A stretch of 64,000 nt of DNA from Dethiobacteria bacterium (GTDB lineage Bacteria; Bacillota; Dethiobacteria; DTU022; UBA8154), in NCBI GenBank assembly GCA_050942615.1, contig JBMNNQ010000002.1, forward strand, positions 19,722 through 83,721, in the 5' to 3' direction. Below are positions 57,961-64,000 of this stretch, piece after piece (within the stretch, counting starts at the first letter, position 1; every line of letters begins with the position of its first letter). The notes below the pieces were generated by a model. It did not search any database. It was not told the DNA's origin and worked only from the letters and a program-made list of their open reading frames with translations. Both the position numbers and the translations under genes were made by a program.

Positions 57961-60036
57961 TTGCCGGAAAAAATCATCAAAAGAGATGGGCGTGTAGTTG
58001 CTTTTGATCAGGAAAGAATTATTAATGCCATTTTTAAGGCGGCCAAGGCGGTAGGCGGGGCTGACAGAAAGATTGCAGCCAGCCTTTCCCAGGAAGTTTT
58101 AAATATTCTTCAGGAAAGATTCCCAGACAGCTACCCCAGTGTCGAAGAAGTGCAGGACATTGTCGAAAAGGTGCTCATTGAATATGGCCATGCCAAAACG
58201 GCCAAGGCGTACATTCTTTATCGCAAACAGCATGAAGAACTGCGCAATTTTCAGCACCTGCTCTTGAATACCGAGAAAATGTTTCAGGATTACTTGGGCG
58301 GGGAAGATTGGCGTATCCATGAAAACAGTAACATGAACTATTCCCTGCAGGGTTTAAACAACCATATTATCTCTGTTGTCACCTCCAAGTATTGGCTGGA
58401 AAAAATCTATCCGCAGGAGATCAGCACAGCGCATCGCGACGGTGACTTTCATATCCATGATTTAAGCCTGCTGGCGCCGTATTGTTGCGGCTGGGATTTA
58501 GCTGATTTATTGGAAAACGGATTTGCAGGGGTGGCCCAAAAAGTGGAAAGCGCCCCGCCCAGGCATTTACGCACGGCTTTAGGGCAGATTGTAAACTTTT
58601 GCTATACCCTGCAGGGTGAATGTGCCGGGGCGCAGGCCCTGGCCAATTTTGATACCTTTTTAGCTCCTTTTGTCCGCTATGATCAGTTGAACTATGTAGA
58701 AGTTAAACAGGCCATGCAGGAATTTATCTTTAACCTCAACGTTCCTACCCGGGTGGGTTTTCAGACGCCCTTTGTGAATATTACCTTAGATGTGACCGTA
58801 TCTTCTGTTTTGGCCCATGAACCGGTGATTATTGGCGGGGAAAGGAAAACAGAAACCTTCGGTGAATTTCAGCGGGAAGTGGACATGCTCAATTTGGCCT
58901 TTTGTGAAGTGATGATGGAAGGAGATGCCCGCAGCCGGATCTTTACCTTTCCCATTCCGACCTACAATCTTACGGAGGATTTTGATTGGGAAAGCCCGGT
59001 GGCCGAAAAGATCCTGGAAATGACGGCTCGCTATGGGATTCCCTATTTTGCTAATTTCATCAACTCTGACCTTTCTCCGGAAGATGTGCGGAGTATGTGT
59101 TGCCGGTTGCGGTTGGATAACCGCGAACTGCGACGCCGGGGCGGAGGGCTTTTCGGGGCCAACCCCCTTACCGGATCGATTGGTGTTGTAACAATTAACA
59201 TGGCCCGGCTCGGTTATCTTTCTACCGGCAAGGAAATATTTTTTAAACGGTTAAAGAGGCTGATGGAGCTGGCCCGCGATAGCTTGCTTATCAAACGTAA
59301 TGTATTGGAAAAACTGACCAAACAGGGGCTTTACCCCTATTCGCGCCATTACCTGCGCCTGGTAGAGGAGCGCTTTGGTAAATACTGGTACAACCATTTC
59401 AACACAATCGGCCTGGTAGGGATGAATGAAGCCCTGCAGAACTTTTTGGGTCAAGATATTTCTACAGCGGAAGGACAGGAATTTGCCCTGCAGGTGCTCG
59501 ACTTTATGCGTGAGGTGCTGCTTAAATTTCAAGAGGAAACCGGGCAGCTTTTCAATTTGGAAGCCACCCCTGCCGAAGGGACAGCATACCGGCTGGCCCG
59601 GCTGGATCAGGAAAATATGCAGGGAATTTATGCTTCCGGGCAGGAGGCCCCTTATTATACAAACTCGACACAGCTTCCAGCAGGGTATACCGATGATGTT
59701 TTTACAGCGCTGGATTTGCAGGAGGAACTGCAGGTACGTTATACCGGGGGCACAGTTTTCCATGTTTACCTTGGAGAAAGGATCGAAGATCTAAATGCCT
59801 GTAAGAAGCTGCTGCAGCGCATCGTGGGGAACTACCGCCTGCCCTATGTGACGATTACCCCCACCTTTAGTATCTGCCCCGATCACGGCTACCTCAACGG
59901 AGAACAATATACCTGTGCTACCTGCGGCAAAGAAACCGAGGTTTGGAGCAGGGTAGTAGGTTTTTATAGGCCGGTGCAGAACTGGAATAAAGGTAAACAA
60001 AGTGAGTTTGAGGAACGGAAGGTCTTTACGGCCTAG
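57961..60036 (+). CDS. nrdD: Anaerobic ribonucleoside-triphosphate reductase (class III)
   Basis: TTG start with RBS GGGGTGGAG. N-terminal ATP-cone (IIKRDGRVVAFDQERI). Catalytic region including CCRL. C-terminal Zn-ribbon CPDHGY...CATCG and the glycyl-radical region SRVVGFYRPV. Confidence 0.85.
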   Translation: MPEKIIKRDGRVVAFDQERIINAIFKAAKAVGGADRKIAASLSQEVLNILQERFPDSYPSVEEVQDIVEKVLIEYGHAKTAKAYILYRKQHEELRNFQHLLLNTEKMFQDYLGGEDWRIHENSNMNYSLQGLNNHIISVVTSKYWLEKIYPQEISTAHRDGDFHIHDLSLLAPYCCGWDLADLLENGFAGVAQKVESAPPRHLRTALGQIVNFCYTLQGECAGAQALANFDTFLAPFVRYDQLNYVEVKQAMQEFIFNLNVPTRVGFQTPFVNITLDVTVSSVLAHEPVIIGGERKTETFGEFQREVDMLNLAFCEVMMEGDARSRIFTFPIPTYNLTEDFDWESPVAEKILEMTARYGIPYFANFINSDLSPEDVRSMCCRLRLDNRELRRRGGGLFGANPLTGSIGVVTINMARLGYLSTGKEIFFKRLKRLMELARDSLLIKRNVLEKLTKQGLYPYSRHYLRLVEERFGKYWYNHFNTIGLVGMNEALQNFLGQDISTAEGQEFALQVLDFMREVLLKFQEETGQLFNLEATPAEGTAYRLARLDQENMQGIYASGQEAPYYTNSTQLPAGYTDDVFTALDLQEELQVRYTGGTVFHVYLGERIEDLNACKKLLQRIVGNYRLPYVTITPTFSICPDHGYLNGEQYTCATCGKETEVWSRVVGFYRPVQNWNKGKQSEFEERKVFTA

Positions 60037-60173
60037 AGGTAATATCAGTAGTCGGCAATGGTAAAAATGTTATTTGCACTGGTTCAGCACAGATATACTG
60101 CATAGCACAGCAGGCCCTTCCCGAATTTGATATTATGATTAACAATGAAGTGCAGACTAGAATTCAAGGAGCG

Positions 60174-61025
60174 ATTATGATGCGCATTGATGCCCATGTC
60201 CATCTTTTCCCACCTGAAATTGTGCCTGAAATCCAGAAATATACAGATAGAGATCCTTTTATGAAACTGATCTGTTCCAGCCCCAAACAAAAATATGCTT
60301 CGGTGGAAGATCTTTTGGCAGTTATGGAAAAGGACGATATTGACAAGGCGGCAATCTGCGGCTTTGCCTCGCGCGACGCCGGGCTTTGCCGGTTGATGAA
60401 CGATTATGTTTTGGCAGCAGCCCGTCAACACCCCGGGCGGCTGCTGGCCATGGCTTCTGTTAACCCGCTTGACCCCGGGATGGAAAATGAGATCCAACGT
60501 TGTCATGAACAGGGTGCGGCCGGTGTAGGTGAGCTTTTTCCCTGGGGCCAGATGTTCAGCCTGGAAGGCCCCGCGGCCGGAAAACTGGCTTCCCTTTGTC
60601 AGGAAAGAGGGCTGCCCCTTTTACTGCATATTAATGAAAATGTGGGCCACTATTATGCCGGCAAAGGGGATGTTTCAGTTAAAGAAGCGGCAGAATTCGC
60701 CGGCAAATTTCCCGCCCTGAAAATTATCTATGCCCATTGGGGTGGTGGGCTGTTTTTCTATGAACTTATGCCTGAATTAAAAGAACAGCTGCAGAATGTG
60801 TATTATGACACCGCGGCCAGCCCCTTCCTGTATGATAAAAATATATATAATGTAGTCAGGGAAATAGGTATTCTGCACAAAGTTTTATTGGGCACAGACT
60901 ATCCCTTAATTGCACCGCGCCGCTACCTGCGGGAACTGCATGCCGCCGGGCTTACCCCGGAAGAAAATGCCCTGATTGAAGGTGAAAATGCACACCGGTT
61001 GTTTTGGGGCCCGCAAAAACAGTAG
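60174..61025 (+). CDS. Amidohydrolase-2 family (TIM-barrel metal-dependent hydrolase)
   Basis: MRIDAHVHLFPPE N-terminal metal-binding HxH. HINEN and D...H motifs downstream. RBS AAGGAG. Confidence 0.7.
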   Translation: MMMRIDAHVHLFPPEIVPEIQKYTDRDPFMKLICSSPKQKYASVEDLLAVMEKDDIDKAAICGFASRDAGLCRLMNDYVLAAARQHPGRLLAMASVNPLDPGMENEIQRCHEQGAAGVGELFPWGQMFSLEGPAAGKLASLCQERGLPLLLHINENVGHYYAGKGDVSVKEAAEFAGKFPALKIIYAHWGGGLFFYELMPELKEQLQNVYYDTAASPFLYDKNIYNVVREIGILHKVLLGTDYPLIAPRRYLRELHAAGLTPEENALIEGENAHRLFWGPQKQ

Positions 61026-61244
61026 TTGCAGTAGACTTCTACTGCACTTTCTTGTTTCCCGGGTTGAGAATGTCATTCTTTTATCAAGGGGCAGCAGTAA
61101 GGGACAACAAGGGGTGGTTGTGGGGGGTAACAGTGAGACCGGTAAACAGCCAAATTATATTTTAAATTCCTCTTTTCGGTAAATAAAAGTGGCGCTGGGG
61201 GAAATAATAAGGACAAACACCCAACGGAAAGGATGATTTTCCCC

Positions 61245-62537
61245 ATGCGTATTCTGATGTTAAGCTGGGAGTTTCCCCCTTTAAATGTGGGCGGTCTGGC
61301 CCAGCATGTTTTTGAACTGTCCCGGTCCCTGGTAAAAACAGATTGCCAGGTGACAGTCCTCACCTCCCAAGGTGACGATCTGCCCCCCTATGAAAATATG
61401 GAGGGGATAGATGTGTGGCGGGTTAATCCCTACCACGGGGGTCAGGAAAGGGATTTTATCGACTGGACACAACGCCTGAATTTTGCTTTGCTGGCAAAGG
61501 GGGCGGCGCTTTCCAACCAACAGGGAAAATTTGATTTAGTGCACGCCCATGACTGGTTGGTTGCCTATGCCGGCAGCGGGTTGAAACAAATCTATACCAC
61601 GCCCTTGCTGGCTACCATCCATGCAACCGAATTTGGCCGCAATAACGGCCTGCATAACCCGGAACAGCGCAGTATCGGCGCTCTGGAATGGTGGCTGACT
61701 TATGAAGCCTGGAAGGTAATCTGCTGCAGCAGGCACATGGAAGAAGAACTGCAGCATGTTTTTCAGCTTCCCGCCGACAAAATTGAAATGATACCCAACG
61801 GGATTAGGCCGGAAGCCTATACAGTTACAACCGGGGGCCCAACCTTGGAAAGCATGGGCCTGCAGCACGAAGATCAGATCATCTTTTACGTCGGACGTCT
61901 TGTCAGGGAAAAGGGCGTCCAGGTTGTCCTGGAAGCTTTACCTGAGATCCTGGGCCGTTTTCCCCGGGCAAAATTTGTAGTTGCGGGCACAGGCCCCCAC
62001 GCAGAACAACTAAAAAGCCGCACACGTGAACTGGGGCTGGAGGGAAAGGTGCATTTCCCGGGTTATATCAGCGATGCCATGCGCAATGAACTTTACAATG
62101 CGGCTGCTGTGGCAGTGTTCCCCAGTCTTTATGAACCCTTTGGCATAGTGGCTCTGGAGGCCATGGTTACCAACACGCCTGTTTTGGTTTCAGCGGTGGG
62201 CGGGTTAGATGAAATTGTTGAACATGAAATAGATGGTTTAAAGGCTTACCCCGGCGATTCGCACTCCGTGGCGGAACAAATTTGCCGTTTACTGGCAGAC
62301 CGGGAATGGGCCGAAGACTTGGCCGTCCGGGCTTATGCCAAAGCGCAGCGCACTTACTCGTGGGATAAAATTGCCCGGCGGACCGCTGAAATATATAAGG
62401 AGATCATCCTTTCGCCGGAAAACAAGCGCTGGCGGGAACAAACAGCCGAAGGCTCCCCGGAGGGGTTGGCGATGGGAACCAGAACTGCGACGGGGACTGG
62501 CACCGCAAAAAAGCAGGAAACGCCCTCCCGGAGATGA
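61245..62537 (+). CDS. Glycosyltransferase family 4 (GT-B fold) with Thr/Gly-rich C-terminal tail
   Basis: MRILMLSWEFPPLNVGGLAQHV N-terminal GT4 motif. EPFGIVALEAM in the C-terminal domain. Confidence 0.7.
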   Translation: MRILMLSWEFPPLNVGGLAQHVFELSRSLVKTDCQVTVLTSQGDDLPPYENMEGIDVWRVNPYHGGQERDFIDWTQRLNFALLAKGAALSNQQGKFDLVHAHDWLVAYAGSGLKQIYTTPLLATIHATEFGRNNGLHNPEQRSIGALEWWLTYEAWKVICCSRHMEEELQHVFQLPADKIEMIPNGIRPEAYTVTTGGPTLESMGLQHEDQIIFYVGRLVREKGVQVVLEALPEILGRFPRAKFVVAGTGPHAEQLKSRTRELGLEGKVHFPGYISDAMRNELYNAAAVAVFPSLYEPFGIVALEAMVTNTPVLVSAVGGLDEIVEHEIDGLKAYPGDSHSVAEQICRLLADREWAEDLAVRAYAKAQRTYSWDKIARRTAEIYKEIILSPENKRWREQTAEGSPEGLAMGTRTATGTGTAKKQETPSRR

Positions 62538-62615
62538 TGCGGCAGGGGGCAAGATCTTAAAGCAGCGCCCTGTAAGAACTTTTAATACGCACGGAGGGCG
62601 GTGTTGGTTGACTTT

Positions 62616-62643
62616 GCCGGGGGGGCCGCCCCCGGCTTTTTTT
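62616..62643 (+). terminator. Rho-independent terminator
   Basis: GCCGGGGGGG/CCGCCCCCGGC stem followed by TTTTTTT. Confidence 0.6.
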
Positions 62644-62949
62644 AACAGCATAGGAACAGCCTTCAGGACGTCAGGCTGTATAGTAACTACCTTTGAAAAT
62701 TGTATGATATCCTTGCTGAAGGATACTAATGTTAACGTCTTCCGGAAGAGAAATCTGGGCCCGCACCGGGGTTCTATTACTATTTCAGGAAGTATATACT
62801 GACCAAACGATTTTTCCGGTTGCCGGCAGGTATTGTCACCCTGTTTTTTAAAAAAGGGTGGCAAAATTTTTAGGCTTATGGTAGTATAATATTGCACTCT
62901 AAAGACAGGGTTGCTGGTTCTTTGCAGCATGTTAAAAAGTGAATATGGT

Positions 62950-63195
62950 AACAGGTGCCTTGCAGGGCTTAAAGGGGAAACCGGTGTAAATCCGGTGCGG
63001 TCCCGCCACTGTAAACGGGTAGCCTTTCTTAACAAGCCACTGGTACTGATGTTCAAACCGGGAAGGCGAAGGAAGGCGATGATCTGTCAGCCAGGAGACC
63101 TGCCTGTAACCAAACACACAATCCCCTTCGAGGTTAAAGGGGGAGGTGTCGTGTGCTTACCACGCGGATCTTCCCCGTGGTATTTTTATTTGTAC
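62950..63195 (+). promoter_or_regulatory. Cobalamin (AdoCbl) riboswitch with terminator-type expression platform
   Basis: AGGTGCC..TAAAGGGGAAACCGGTGTAAATCCGGTGCGGTCCCGCCACTGTAA (62957-63014). B12 box GCCACTG (63046-63052). GGAAGGCG. CAGCCAGGAGACCTGCC (63088-63104). Then hairpin CCACGCGG/CCCCGUGG plus a U-run (about 63160-63195). A TATAAT sits at 62885. Confidence 0.85.
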
Positions 63196-63261
63196 AAATA
63201 TTATTTCAGCAGGTGGGTAAAGAAATATGCATAACTTGTGGGGAAAAAAATGGGGGGAAGG

Positions 63262-64000
63262 TAGATGAAGAAAACTATTGTTTGGGGTCTGTTTTTATTG
63301 TTTTTTGTTTTGGCCGTCAGCGGCTGCACTGCGTCGCCTGCAGAAGAAGTCGGTGTTGACGGGCAACATCCCGGAAAACAACATCCTGGAGAACAACAAC
63401 CCGGGGCAGATTTTCCCCTGACGGTGGAAGATCATTTCGGGCGTAGGGTCGAAATTTTGCAAAAGCCGGAAAGAATCATTTCCTTGGCGCCGAGCAATAC
63501 GGAATTGTTGTTTGCCTTAGGTCTTGATGAACGCATTGTAGGTGTGACAGAATATTGTAATTTTCCGCCGGCAGCCTTGGCAAAACCCAAGGCAGGCAGT
63601 TTTTCCGAGCCCTATCTGGAACAGATCGTTACCCTGGAGCCTGAACTGATCATTGCCTCTGAATTGGCAATCACTGCTGAAAAGCTGCAGCAACTTGAAG
63701 AGTTACAGCTGCCGATCCTTGTTCTGCATCCGGCCGGTTTTGAAGAGGTATGCCAAACGCTGGAACTGCTGGGTTCTGTCACGGGTGAGAAGAGGGCCGC
63801 CCGGCAACTGATAACTGAAATGCAGGCCCGGGTGGAGGCTGTACAGGAAAAGCTGCAGCAGCTCCCCGATACAAGAGAAAGAATCAGGGTTTATTACCAG
63901 GTATACCATGATCCGCTGATGACCGCCGGCGGCACCTCAATCATTCATGAAATTATCGAAATGGCCGGTGGGAAAAACGTTTTTGCAGAGGTGGAGGCTG
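63262..64000 (+). CDS. btuF: BtuF-like cobalamin-binding periplasmic lipoprotein (3' end beyond window)
   Basis: RBS GGGGGGAAGG. Signal peptide with lipobox LAVSGC. Class III PBP motifs (ERIISLAPSNTELLFALGL..RIVGVTEYC; PELIIAS). Open to the window end. Confidence 0.75.

Noticed and set aside
1-64000. tRNA, rRNA, CRISPR arrays, IS transposases or integrases
   Set aside because: No tRNA-like T-arm/acceptor patterns, no rRNA-like stretches, no regularly spaced direct repeats, and no transposase or integrase ORFs were seen. The only mobile-element signals are the hairpin/MITE-like repeats and the addiction modules reported above.

Overview
The window is a 64-kb chromosomal segment from a Gram-positive anaerobe, probably a Firmicute (Peptococcaceae/Desulfotomaculum-like): sigma-54 regulation, a T-box leader, a split ChrA pair, copper-amine-oxidase N-terminal stalk domains and roughly 48% GC all point that way. 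It contains no rRNA, tRNA or CRISPR array.

The dominant feature is a co-directional operon of about 13.5 kb (1-13507) that continues upstream of the window. It encodes a ChlD-like and a ChlI-like AAA+ subunit and a 1285-aa CobN/ChlH-family chelatase. These sit inside an ABC importer of the FecCD/BtuCD type (permease plus ATPase) with three paralogous lipoprotein substrate-binding proteins, plus an ABC-2 (exporter-type) ATPase/permease pair. I read this as a tetrapyrrole import and metal insertion-or-removal system that has not been characterised. That reading is inference.

Other content, in order:
- a canonical T-box leader placed, unusually, in front of an acyl-CoA ligase;
- a PAS-sensing sigma-54 enhancer-binding protein with a near-perfect -24/-12 promoter driving a second acyl-CoA ligase;
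- a scattered DNA-damage set: an MGMT-like protein with Thr in place of the catalytic Cys, a YolD-like protein, an SRAP/YedK protein and a YhaO/YhaN (SbcCD-like) pair;
- a second FecCD-type importer, a split chrA pair and a cbpA/cbpM-like pair;
- a URO-D-family and FTCD-like one-carbon module;
- an AT-rich accessory island (about 44.1-52.2 kb) that cuts an ABC ATPase gene exactly at a copy of a hairpin repeat found three times. The island carries mgtA, a nucleotidyltransferase-like pair, an excisionase-HTH::Uma2 fusion, a Phd/ParE toxin-antitoxin pair and is followed by comEC;
- nrdD with no adjacent nrdG;
- a classical cobalamin riboswitch in front of a btuF-like gene at the 3' end.
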